Below, piece after piece: positions 1 through 12,300 of a stretch of 64,000 bases of DNA. This DNA comes from Chrysemys picta bellii (Eukaryota). The position numbers and the translations under genes are program-made. The notes under the pieces are model-generated. The model saw only the letters and a program-made list of their open reading frames with translations, had not been told where the DNA came from and searched no databases. The stretch is from the NCBI RefSeq assembly GCF_011386835.1, contig NC_088803.1:5518001-5582000 (forward strand), given 5' to 3'. Within the stretch, counting starts at the first letter, position 1, and the number at the start of each line of letters is the position of its first letter.

Positions 1-346
1 CCCAAACTATGGCTAACGGGGGGCCAGGGGGAGGCTTGGCTGGCTCTGGCGGGGGTTCCCCAAACCCTCCCATGGCTGGGGGTGCCCAGGAGAGCACCCC
101 CAAATTGGCTGGCAGCACATGCGGGCTTATCCCAGCCCCCCGTCTCCTCCACTGTGAGCAGCTCTGGAAGTGGGGGAGACCCCCCAAATGCCTTGGAAGG
201 GGGGCAGACCCCTCCCCCACCCTGGTTTTGCCAGCAAAGTCCTCCCCATTGGCGCCCCCCAACCCATGCCCTGCCCATGCTGGCCGAGCTACCCCCCCCG
301 GGACCCCCACCTGCCCACCACGCCACGGGGCGCCCCGCCATGCTAC

Positions 347-3300
347 CTCTTTCCTCTCCTCGTCCTCGGGCCCCCCGTCAGGGCGCTCATCGGGGCCGGG
401 GGGCTGAGTGGGGGGGCCGTCCGGGGGACTAGCGCCTGCCTGCTGGGGCTCCAACTCCATAGGCACCTCCTCCTTCTCCTCCTGGCTACTGGGAAGAAAT
501 AGGGGGTTACTGGGGGGTGGGTGCCCTACATCCCTTCACCCCCAGTGCTCCCCGCACCCCAGAGCCTTCACCCCTGCCCCTCCCAGAGCCCCAGCCCCTT
601 CCCTCCCAGAGCTCCCCGCACCCCAGAGCCTTCACCCCTGCCCCTCCCAGAGCCCCAGCCCCTTCACCCCCAGAGCTCCCCGCACCCCAGAGCCTTCACC
701 GCTGCCCCCCCCCCCACAGCCCCTTCCCTCCCAGAGCTCCCCGCACCCCAGAGCCTTCACCCCTGCCCCTCCCAGAGCCCCAGCCCCTTCACCCCCAGTG
801 CTCCCCCCACCCCAGAGCCTTCACCCCTGCCCCTCCCAGAGCCCCAGCCCCTTCCCTCCCAGAGCTCCCCGCACCCCAGAGCCTTCACAGCTGCCCCCCC
901 ACAGCCCCTTCACCCCCAGTGCTCCCCGCACCCCAGAGCCTTCACCCCTGCCCCTCCCAGAGCCCCAGCCCCTTCACCCCCAGTGCTCCCCCCACCCCAG
1001 AGCCTTCACCCCTGCCCCTCCCAGAGCCCCAGCCCCTTCACCCCCAGAGCTCCCCGCACCCCAGAGCCTTCACCCCTGCCCCTCCCAGAGCCCCAGCCCC
1101 TTCACCCCCAGAGCTCCCCGCACCCCAGAGCCTTCACCCCTGCCCCTCCCAGAGCCCCAGCCCCTTCCCTCCCAGAGCTCCCCGCACCCCAGAGCCTTCA
1201 CAGCTGCCCCCCCACAGCCCCTTCACCCCCCCACGCCTAAGGCCCTTCACTCCTGCCCCCCACATCCCCAGCCCGTTCCCCACCCGCACCCCCAGAGCTT
1301 CCCACACCGCCAGAGCGCCCCCAAAGCACAGCCGGGTAACACCCTCCGCCCCATCCCCCGCCCGGCCCCAGCGCGGCGCGGCGGGGGCGGGGGCAGGAAT
1401 GAATGGGGGGAGGGGCAGGCGCCGGGCCGGAAGCCGGCAATGAATGGGGGGGCCGCGGGGGGGCGGGCAATGGCGGGGGGGCCGAGGGGGCGGGTCTCAC
1501 CCGCGGGGCCGGGGGCCCGGCATGGCGGCGGCGGCGGCGGCGATGGCGGCTCAGGGCTGCGGACCGGGCCGGGGCAGCGGCGGGCGGCGAGCGGGCGGGG
1601 CGGCCATTTTACCGCTACCCAGCAGCCCCCGCGCGGGGGCGGGGCCGCCGCAGCCCCCCGGAGCCCCCCCCAGGCTCACAGCCCCGCCCCCCAGGAGTCC
1701 CCCCGAGCTCACAGCCCCGCCCCCCGCCGCAGCCCCCCCGGACTCACAGCCCCGCCCCCGCCGCAGCCCCCCCCCGGGCTCACAGCCCCGCCCCCGCCGC
1801 AGCCCCCCCGGAGCCCCCCCCAGGCTCACAGCCCCGCCCCCCCGGAGCCCTCCCGAGCTCACAGCCCCGCCCCCGCCGCAGCCCCCCCCCGGGCTCACAG
1901 CCGCGCCCCCTCACTCTCAGCCCCGCCCCCCCGAGCTCAGAGCCCCGCCCCCGCCGCAGCCCCCCCGGGCTCAGAGCCCCGCCCCCCCGGAACCCCCCCC
2001 CGGCTCACAGCCCCGCCCCCGCCGCAGCCCCCCCCGGGCTCACAGCCCCGCCCCCGCCCCCTCACTCTCAGCCCCGCCCCCCGGCTCACAGCCCCGCCCT
2101 TGCCGCAGCCCCCTCACTCACAGCCCCACGCCCCCAGGTGTCCGAGCCTGCCCCTCCCCCGATATCCCGTCCAACCCCCCCAGGCTCAGGGACCCAGGTG
2201 TCCGAGCCTGCCCCTCTCCCAGCTTCTGGTCACTTACCTCCTACGCTGCCTCTGCTCTGCCTGGTGCGGCGGGTCCCCCGTGGGCACTGCCCTGGCTGGG
2301 CCCCCCAGGGTCTCTGAGCCACCCTGTGGGGAAAGGCAAAGGAGGGGCCTGTGTTAGAGGGGACCCATTCCCGCCCCCCAGCCTGTCCCCCATCTGGCCC
2401 TGGGGCCGAATCGGGGCCAGCAACCCCTGGAGAGGAAAAGCCCTATGTCCCATTTCCCCCCATGCTGGTGCCCCCGGAGGTCACGGCCCGGTACCCCATT
2501 CCACGCCCCGTGCCCCTCTCTCTCATACCTGCTGCGACAACGGGCTGTGCCGGTGCCCGTGGCTGGGGCGTCTCTGGGGGGCCGGTCTGCCCTCTGCCAT
2601 GGGACTCTCTGGCGCTTCCTGCTGTCCTGCTGGGGAGGGCTCTTTGGTGCGTGGGGAGCTGGGGCCGGCCTGCGAGGCGTCAGGGCTGCGCGACTGGGGC
2701 GTCCAGATAAACAGACAGAGCTTTAGTGAGGCATCGACCCCAGCTGCCCTCTGCCCCCAGGTGAGATCTGGAACGGGGGGAGGAGACCTAGAGCCAGATC
2801 TAGAGTATCGACCTGATGGGGAGCAGGAGTCTGGCTTCTTGGTCAGGATCTAGAACTGCCAGCTGGATCTGGAACCAGGGTGGAGGGTTTGGAGACGGAT
2901 GGGGTCTGAACAGAATTGGGAGTGGGTGGGGGGGTCCTCAGGGTCTAGAACATCACAGGCCATGGAACCTAAGAACTGGATCCCTCTTGCCCAGCACCCT
3001 GCGTCCGACTGGCCAGAAAAGGGCAATCATCAAGCGAGCCACACAGCTCCTGGCAGCCTGAGCTTTGGGGCCACCTGGCGCAGGGGGCTGCGTCCCTAAC
3101 CAGCTTGGCTAATAGCCATCGCTGGACCCAGCCTCCAGGAAAGTGACTCATTGTGTGTCAAACCGCCTTCTACTTCTGGCCTCAGCCCATCCTCTGGCAG
3201 TGAGTTCCACAGGTTAACGGAAATCCCGCCTGCTGGAAACCTGCTGCATGAGCCCCCCGAGTCGGGTGCCCCAGTCACTGTCTCCGCCCCAGCCAGGAGT

Positions 3301-6300
3301 TTACAGCCCTGCCGTGGCCCCACGGTCGCCCCTTCTCCCCGATGAGCGGGACCAGGCTTTGCCGCCTCTCCCACAGCCTGGGTCTGGCCTTTCTCCCAGG
3401 GCCTAGAGCTCTTGGAGCCGGGGGGCGGCTCTGCGTGTGACAGGCTGGGGTGGGCACTGGGCGCCAGGGATCGGACAGGGGCAGGGTGAGATTTCCTGTC
3501 TCAGTCTCTCTCCTAACGCGCTGGGAGCTTTCCCGAGGGCGGCCGCACGGTGAGCAGCTGTTTGCCGGGACCGAGCCGGGGCTCCGAGATCTCGAGTGGG
3601 CCCGGCGCTGCGCGGGCAGAGCCAGGATTGGGGTTCCCAGGTCGCGCCACCTGACTCAAGAGAGCCCTTCCCCCTGCCCCCACTCACTGGGCTACGAGCC
3701 CTTGGGGAGGGAGCTTAGCCCAGGCTCGCCGCCCCTCCCCGCACACGGATCCAGGGGCTGCCTCTTGGGATCGCCAGAGCCTGGCGAGACAGATTTCCCT
3801 TCCTGCAGCCCGTGGGGCCCAGCTCGGCGGCCGAGACCAGTTCCGTAGCACAGAAGCCTGGGCCTGGGGCATTACGCCGGGTTTTCATCACTGTGCGCCA
3901 CGTCCTCAGCCCTGTCACCCCCAGAGAGCGGCTGGGAAGGGCAGCGAGGAGCGATGCCGAGAGTGCGTCTCTGCCATGGCCTTGGGCTCCCTTCGTGCCA
4001 GACTCCCTGCTTCCGACGGGCTTCCAGCCACTCCTGCTGTGACACTGGGGCTCTCGTGCCAGCTGCTCCTGTGGCCCTGCTGGGGGTCAGCTCCTCTCTG
4101 ACTCCCGGTTGGCCTCTCCCCCCCTCCTCCCCTGACTATTTGTAATTTGGGACAATATCTGCAATTTGAGCCTCCCTGACTCTCCCTGCAGTTTGCAGGC
4201 ATTTTCACCCTGGTCCTCTGAATTTCTGGGTCACCAGCAGCCTCAGTTGGTATCAATCCCTTTCTGAATGTAGATACTACTGGGGGGGCGCCCCCCCGCG
4301 ATGTTCAATTTCTCTGTTACGGTCACTAATAGCCAGCGCCAGAGGAAGGATTTGCATGGATTCTGGAGCAGAGGCCTGGAGAGGCAGGTGCCCCTGCAGG
4401 GTCTGGGGCCTAGCTAGAATCTAGAATGCCCACCTGCACCTGAAGCGAGCCCAGCACCCGAGGAAGGGGAGCAGGAATGGGGCCCAGAACTAGATTATGG
4501 AAGGACGGGGCACCTTTTGGGTCTATAAGAGGAGGTTGCAACCTAGAACACCAAGACTGGGTCTGGAACAGGCCTAGCCCCCAGAACATGGCTCTGGCAT
4601 GGGGTGGGGTTCTAGATCACACAGGGAGCAGGGCAGGTGGCTTGGGGCTCACCTTTCTGCTGCTGCTGGAGCTGGAGCGCGAGGCCTGGCGCTTCCTGGT
4701 GGGCGACTCGGAGCGGCTGGAGCGGGATCCGGAGGAAGTGGAGTCTGAGTCGGAGTCTGAGTCGGACCCGCCCCTCCGCCGGCGCTGCGGGGGAGGGGAA
4801 GGTGATGCTGGGTGAGTCCCCGGCGGCCTTTTCTGACTGGGGGGGACCTCCTTGGTCAGCAGTGGGGGAGGGGGCTCATCCTCCCCAGGGGGGGCCATTG
4901 GTGCCTCCCCTTCCGACAGCTGGGGAGGGGCTGGGGAGCTGGCGATGGCAGACGCCCCCCCTTCCTGTGAGATCTCAGGGGGCTCCTCTGCCTCCTCCTG
5001 GGGGGCCCCCTTGTCTTCCTGGAGCTCAGCCGCTCCCTTCTTCTCTGAAGAATCCTCCAGAGGGGGAGCCGTTGGGCTGGGCTGCCCCTTCTCCTGGTGG
5101 GCCGGCGGACAGGGCTCCCCCTTTGCCTGGGGGGCTGGCGGGCTGGGCTCCCCCTTTGCCTGGGGGGCCGTTGGACTGGGCTGCCCCTTCTCCTGGTGGG
5201 CCGGCGGACGGGGCTCCCCCTTTGCCTGGTGGGCCGGCGGGCTGGGCTCCCCCTTCTCATGGGGGGCTGGCGGGCTGGGCTCCCCCTTTGCCTGGTGGGC
5301 TGGCGGGCTGGCCTCCCCCTTTGCCTGGGAGGCTGGTGGGCTGGGCTCCCCCTTCTCGTGGGGGGCTGGCAGGCTGGGCTCCCCCTTTGCCTGGGGGGCT
5401 GTTGGACTGGACTTCCCCTTCTTGTGGGGGGCTGGCAGGCTGGGCTCCCCCTTCTTGTGAGGGGCCGTCGGGCTGGACTCCCCCTTCTTGTGGGGGGCTG
5501 GCAGGCTGGGCTCCCCCTTCTCGTGGGGCGCTGGCAGGCTGGGCTCCTCCTTTTTCTGGGGGGCCATTGGGCTGGGCTCTCCCTTTTCCTGGGCGTCTGG
5601 CAGGCTGGGCTCCCCCTTCTCCTGGGGAGCCGGTGGACTGGGCTTCCCCTTCTCCTGGGGGGCTGGAGTCACAGCTGTCCCACTTCCCTGGGGTTCCAAG
5701 GGCCTGGTCACCCCCCTTTCCTGGGGCTCCGGAGCTCTGGGCCCCTCTGTTTCCTGGGGTGCCAGGGCCTGGGCTGACCCCTTTCCTTGGGGCCCTGGTG
5801 ATCTGAGGACCCCCATTCTCTGGGCCTCAGGCCCCCCCACTTCTTCGGGTGCTAGAGATCTGGCCCCTCCCACTTCCTGGGGTGCTGGGAATCTGGGCAC
5901 TCCTGTCTGTTGGGGTGCTGGGGCCATGAGCCCCCCCTTCTCCTGCCGGGACCCCCTGATTTCCTGGGGTGAGCTGCTCGCCTGAGGGCCTGGGGCCCAG
6001 GCTTCCCCCATCCTCCGGGAAGCCTCCTTCCCCTCCGGAGCCTTTGCTTCCTCCTCCTCGTCGTCCTCCTCCTCATCGTCCTCCTCGTCTTCCTCCTCCT
6101 CGTCGTCCTCTTCGTCGTCCTCTTCCTCCTCCAGCTTCAGAGTGGGCCGTGGCACGCTCCTCCGGCCCCTAGGGGGCGCCTCCCGCTCCTCCGGCCCCAC
6201 GGCCTGGGTGCCCTCTGGGGGCTTGGCGGCTCTGGCCTGGGAGAGAAGGGGAGCAGCTGAGAGAGGGTGCTCCCTGCTGCCCCCCTGCAGCTCAGCGCCC

Positions 6301-9300
6301 CCTGTCCCCCCAACCCCGGCACCCCCTGTCCTCTCCCCGCTCCTCGCAGCCCGGCGCCCCCTGGTGAGCCCCCGCCCGGCTCCCTGCAGCCCGGCGCCCC
6401 CTGGTGAGCCCCCGCTTCCTGCAGCCTGGCGCCCCCTGGTGAGCCCCCACTCCCTGCAGTACGGCGCCCCCTGGTGAGCCCCCGCCCGGCTCCCTGCAGC
6501 CCGGCGCCCCCTGGTGAGCCCCAGCCCGGCTCCCTGCAGCCCGGCGCCCCCTGGTGAGCCCCCGCCCGGCTCCCTGCAGCCCGGCGCTCCTTGGTGAGCC
6601 CCCGCTTCCTGCAGCCTGGCGCCCCCTGGTGAGCCCCCACTCCCTGCAGTACGGCGCCCCCTGCTGCATCTGCCTGGCTCCCCACAGCACAGCCCCCTCT
6701 GCCAACCCCTGACCCTGCTCCCTGCAGCACAGCACCCTCTGGTGAGCCCCTGCGCTGCTCCCTGCAGCCCGGCGCCCCCTAGCGCTATGCTGCAGCACTG
6801 ACCTGCCTGACCCGGGTGGAGCGGCGCTCCTGCCTCCTGGTTCCCTCCTCGTCGGAGTCGTTTCTCTCTCGGGAGATGGGGTAGCTCTTCCCGGAGGCTG
6901 GGAAGTGACAGGGAACCATCAGCTCGAGGGGCTGGGCCTGGAGTCCAGGCTGCATCCTGTTCTAGATGTTTGCACCACCCCCTGATCCGGAACCTCTCCC
7001 TTCTGGATACCCAGGCCAGGCCCAGCCTGTTGAATCTAGATCCCGCCAGAGAACGTCTAGATGTGTGTCTATTCTAGAGGCCATGCGAAGCTTGGACAGA
7101 ACCCACCACCCTGTGATCTAGAACCTCGCTCCATTTGAGCCAGAACTCACTTGTTCTAGACCCAGCACCTTCCTTCTCCATTCTTGCTGCCTCGCCGGTT
7201 TTCTAGCTCCTCATGCAGTGAGGTTTCTTCAACTGCAGTGGTCTGACTCCCCCGACCAGATCTCACATCCAGAGAGCAAAGGATCATGGGGGCCAGTGTT
7301 CACTTCAAAACTATCTTAGTGGCGTGGATCTAGAGTGGTCTACGTTCTAGACTGATATCCTGGTCTCTCAAAACTCTTATCTGGAGCAGACAGCATTCTA
7401 GATCTCTGCTGAATATGGTGTCAAAGAGTGCACACAGGGTCTAGACCCAAGCAATATTCTAGGTGTCTCGGTCTAGACCCCCTGGTTCTAAAATGCTTGG
7501 TTATTGTGGCAAAGAGAGCTCATGAACAGAGTCAATGACACACCCCTGGGGAGAGCAAGGTTCTAGATCACCTCAGATTTCTGGGCCCCACACACCCTTC
7601 TAGAGCGAATCCCAGACTGGGGCTGCATGTTCTAGACCAGTCCAAGTGCTATGTTTTCTATCTTTCAGTCCACTCATTCCAGAATCCCACTCCAGAACGC
7701 CAACTCCAGAGTATGCTGTTCTAGATCCCAGAGTTCTAGAGTCCAGTCAGCTACCTGCCCCAGATGCAGAGGGCAAAGCTCGCGCCAGCCACAGAAAGGG
7801 GAATGGATGCAGGTAGTACTGGGCAGACCCTGAGATGCAAACCTGGCAGCAGCCCTGCCATTGGCTGACACCCTCTTCTGCAGTCAGCCAATCAAAGGCA
7901 CCCATTTCCACCTCACCCGGTGGCCTGGGTTCTGAAGAAGCCTCATTCCCATTGGCTGAATGCTGAGGGGAATCCCAGCCAATCAGATGTGCCCGGTGCC
8001 CCCACACAGGCTGAGAAGAACCAGGGTCCCTGGGCACAGACACTAGGGACTGGGCCCCACCCCACACTCACCCTCCAATTCGGCTGCCTCCCGCGCCTCC
8101 CTCTGCAGCCGCTGCTGCAGCAGCTCGTGCTGCTTCTCCAGGTATTGCTTGATGAAGCTGTTCTGGCTCATCTCCTCGCCGATCTGCAGGGAGATGAGAG
8201 GGTGAGGGGGCAGGATGCCTGGGTTCCATCCCTTGCTCTGCAGGGGGAGGGGGGATGGTGGTTAGAGTGGGGGTGGGGCTGGAAGCCAGGACTCCTAGGT
8301 TCTGTCCCTGGCTCTGGGGGAAGAGGGGGCTAGTTGTTAGAGCGGGAGGCTAGGAGTCAGGACTCCTGGGCTCTCTCCCTGCTCTGCGAAGGCAGTGGGC
8401 TCCAGTGGTTAGGGCAGGGGGGCTGGGAGCCAGGGCTCCTGGGTTCTCTCCGGGCTCTGGGAAGGCAGTGGGCTCCAGTGGTTAGGGCAGGGGGGCTGGG
8501 AGCCAGGACTCCTGGGCTCTCTGTCTCGGCTCTGGGAAGGCAGTGGGCTCCAATGGTTAGGGCGGGGGGGCTGGGAGCCAGGACTCCTGGGTTCTCTCCC
8601 AGCTCTGGGAAGGCAGTGGGCTCCAGTGGCTAGGGCAGGGGGGCTGGGAGCCAGGACTCCTGGGTTCTCTGTCCCGGCTCTGGGAAGGCAGTGGGCTCCA
8701 ATGATTAGGGCGGGGGGGCTGGGAGCCAGGACTCCTGGGTTCTTTCCCGGCTCTGGGAAGGCAGTGGGCTCCAGTGGTTAGGGCAGGGGGGCTGGGAGCC
8801 AGGGCTCCTGGGCTCTCTCCCTGCTCTGGGAAGGCAGTGGGCTCCAGTGGTTAGGGCAGGGGGGCTGGGAGCCAGGACTCCTGGGTTCTTTCCCGGCTCT
8901 GGGAAGGCAGTGGGCTCCAGTGGTTAGGGCAGGGGGGCTGGGAGCCAGGGCTCCTGGGTTCTCTGTCCCGGCTCTGGGAAGGCAGTGGGCTCCAGTGGTT
9001 AGGGCAGGGGGGCTGGGAGCCAGGACTCCTGGGCTCTCTCCCTGCTCTGGGAAGGCAGTGGGCTCCAATGGTTAGGGCGGGGGGGCTGGGAGCCAGGACT
9101 CCTGGGCTCTCTCCCTGCTCTGGGAAGGCAGTGGGCTCCAGTGGTTAGGGCAGGGGGGCTGGGAGCCAGGGCTCCTGGGCTCTCTCCCTGCTCTGGGAAG
9201 GCAGTGGGCTCCAATGGTTAGGGTGGGGGGGCTGGGAGCCAGGGCTCCTGGGCTCTCTCCCTGCTCTGGGAAGGCAGTGGGCTCCAGTGGCTAGAGCAGG

Positions 9301-12300
9301 GGGGCTGGGAGCCAGGACTCCTGGGTTCTCTGTCCCGGCTCTGGGAAGGCAGTGAGCTCCAGTGGTTAGGGCAGGGGGGCTGGGAACCAGGACTCCTGGG
9401 TTCTCTGTCCCGGCTCTGGGAAGGCAGTGGGCTCCAGTGGTTAGGGCGGGGGGGCTGGGAGCCAGGACTCCTGGGTTCTCTCCCGGCTCTGGGAAGGCAG
9501 TGGGCTCCAGTGGCTAGGGCAGGGGGGCTGGGAGCCAGGACTCCTGGGCTCTCTCCCTGCTCTGGGAAGGCAGTGGGCTCCAGTGGTTAGGGCGGGGGGG
9601 CTGGGAGCCAGGACTCCTGGGTTCTTTCCCGGCTCTGGGAAGGCAGTGGGCTCCAGTGGCTAGGGCAGGGGGGCTGGGAGCCAGGGCTCCTGGGTTCTCT
9701 CCCCGGCTCTGGGAAGGCAGTGTGCTCCAGTGGTTAGGGCGGGGGGGCCGGGAGCCAGGACTCCTGGGTTCTCTCCCAGCTCTGGGAAGGCAGTGGGCTC
9801 CAGTGGCTAGGGCAGGGGGGCTGGGAGCCAGGACTCCTGGGTTCTCTTCCGGCTCTGGGAAGGCAGTGGGCTCCAGTGGCTAGGGCAGGGGGGCTGGGAG
9901 CCAGGACTCCTGGGTTCTCTCCCGGCTCTGGGAAGGCAGTGGGCTCCAGTGGTTAGGGGGAGGGCTAGAAGAGGGAACACTGTGGGCTGGCAGTGGATGG
10001 GGCAATGGAAGAGCCCTTGTGCTCCCTGCACCTGTGCTCAGAACCCCCTTTCCTCCTCCCCCCCGCCGGTGCTCGTGACGGGGTCTCACCTGGGAGTTGG
10101 GCTGGAAGGTGGCGTGCAGGGTTGAGTGCTTCTGGAGGTTCTCGAGCATCAGGGCCTGGGATGGAGAGACAACGAACTCAGAGACAGATCCCTGCTGCCG
10201 AAGGGGCCCTGAGCACTGGCCCCCCAACCCAGCCTCCACTCCCCAGCTCCTCCAAGCCCTCCTGTCCCGACCCTACAGACAGGGCCTGTCCCCGCCCAGC
10301 TGAGCCCGACCCTCACACGCATGACCCCATCCAACCATCCACGTGCTCTCCTTTAACCCATCCACAGCCTAACTCCCTCAATGGACCGCCACGGCCCGCC
10401 TAACTGCACGGAGCCTCTGCAGCCCGACCGAACACCCTCTCCTCACCCTTCATCCGTGACTTGACCCAACCCAGCTACGCCCGCCCTGATGACCACCTTC
10501 CCACCCAATGTCCAGTCGCAGCCCCTCCAACCCAGCAGTCATCTCAGCAAGCCTACATTCAAGGCCTGACTCAACCCTACCCATGCAATGTCTACTAGGT
10601 AACCCACCATACAACCCGAGACCCCCAGTCGACTCTCTCAACACGATGCCCATGGTGGAGCAACTCAGCGTTTGCCATCCAACCCTCATGACCCTCCACC
10701 AGCCACAGACCTAGCTGTATAGCCCTGAAAATCCACCATCGCACCAGACTCTGAACAGCCTCTGCTACGTTCCCGGACCTCCCCAGCACAGCCGCCACCC
10801 AAACCAACTTCACCGTGAGACAACACCTGTCAGCCATGCTCAACCCGCCAACATCCCCATCCATCGTACTCAACAGCCACCTTTCAACTCACCCATCCAG
10901 CTTCATCCCATCTCAATCCATCTGCCACCCCGTCCACACCTGCCAAATGATTAACCCAACAGCACAACACAAGAGTGGTCATCCAACCCCACCCAGGGCT
11001 CTCTGTTATAGACTGGATTCAAAGCCCATTATTATCAATGAGATGAAAAACTGTCCTTCCTTCAGGTTTAGCACAAGTAACAGTAGGAGTCCCCAAGGCA
11101 CACCCAAGGCCACTCATGAATACAAACAACTCAGACACAAAGGTTCTCACCGAGTACTGTTTTTGGGATAAGGGTACGTGTGGGTCAGAGTGTGAGAATA
11201 CTAGACTCAGCACAAGCGAGAGACAAAAACATGGACACAGAAAGCCAAGCAGGCAGATTGGAAGCACAGTAACGTGGCCTGAAGAAAAAACTAAAAGCAA
11301 AAGCTTTTTGGGCACAGAACTGGCTGGAAGGCAAGCAAAGGAATCATCTGCTGGTGTTGGATTCCTCCTGCATTCAGAAAGGAGATTATGTATGTTCTTT
11401 GTAAGCAAACAAAACTGCAGTAGACAAAACACCAGATTCCATTGCCAATTTCTACTCCCAGTTGGAAAAACCCCATGGCACTGGACTATTCACTCGACCC
11501 AAATGAGGTGGATATACGTAACCTAATGTTCTGAACACAACCCACCACCCAATCCAGTTCCACAGCACAACTCAACTACAACCCAGCCCAATGTCGGTGG
11601 CCAAACTAAACCACTACCGCCACCCAATCCAATGCAACCGCACAAATCAACTACAACACAGCCCAACATCAGCTGTCCGACCCAACCACTACGGCCCAAG
11701 AAAATTTCACTGCACAACTCAACGAGAACCCAACCCAACTTCCACCGCCCAATCAAATTCAATCGCCCAATTCAACTAGAACCCAGCCCAACACAGGCTG
11801 CCCAACTAAACCACCAAGGCCCAATCCAGTTCCACTGCACAACTCAACTAGAACCCAGCCCAACATCGGCTGTCCAACACAACCACCACCGCCCAATCCA
11901 ATTCCACTGCCCAACTCAACTAGAACACAGCCCAACCCAACCACCATTGCCCAATCCAATTCCATGGCCCAATTCAACTAGAACCCAACCCAATATCGGT
12001 TGTCCGATGCAACCACCACAGCCCAACGTCGGCTGCCCACTCCAACCACCACCGCCCAATCCAGTTCAATTGCACAACTCAACTACAACCCAACCCAACG
12101 TCAGTTGTCCAACACAACCACCACCACCCAATCCAATTCAACTGCACAACTCTAGTAGAATCCAACCCAACGCTGGCTGCCCAATCCAACCGCCACCACC
12201 CAATCCAATTCCACCGCCCACTTCAACTAGGACTGAACCCAACAGCGGCTCCCCAACACAACCACCGTCTCCCAATTAAATTCCACTGCACAACTGAACT

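Noticed and set aside
3300-4130. GC/CpG-rich coding-looking stretch in ACIN1 intron 6
   Set aside because: No consistent splice-bounded frame; exon 7 is accounted for at 2529-2693.
7690-8000. Candidate ACIN1 cassette exon 4 (for example [14 protein letters not shown], phase 1-1)
   Set aside because: Weak acceptor and no convincing similarity to the human exon, so boundaries cannot be supported.
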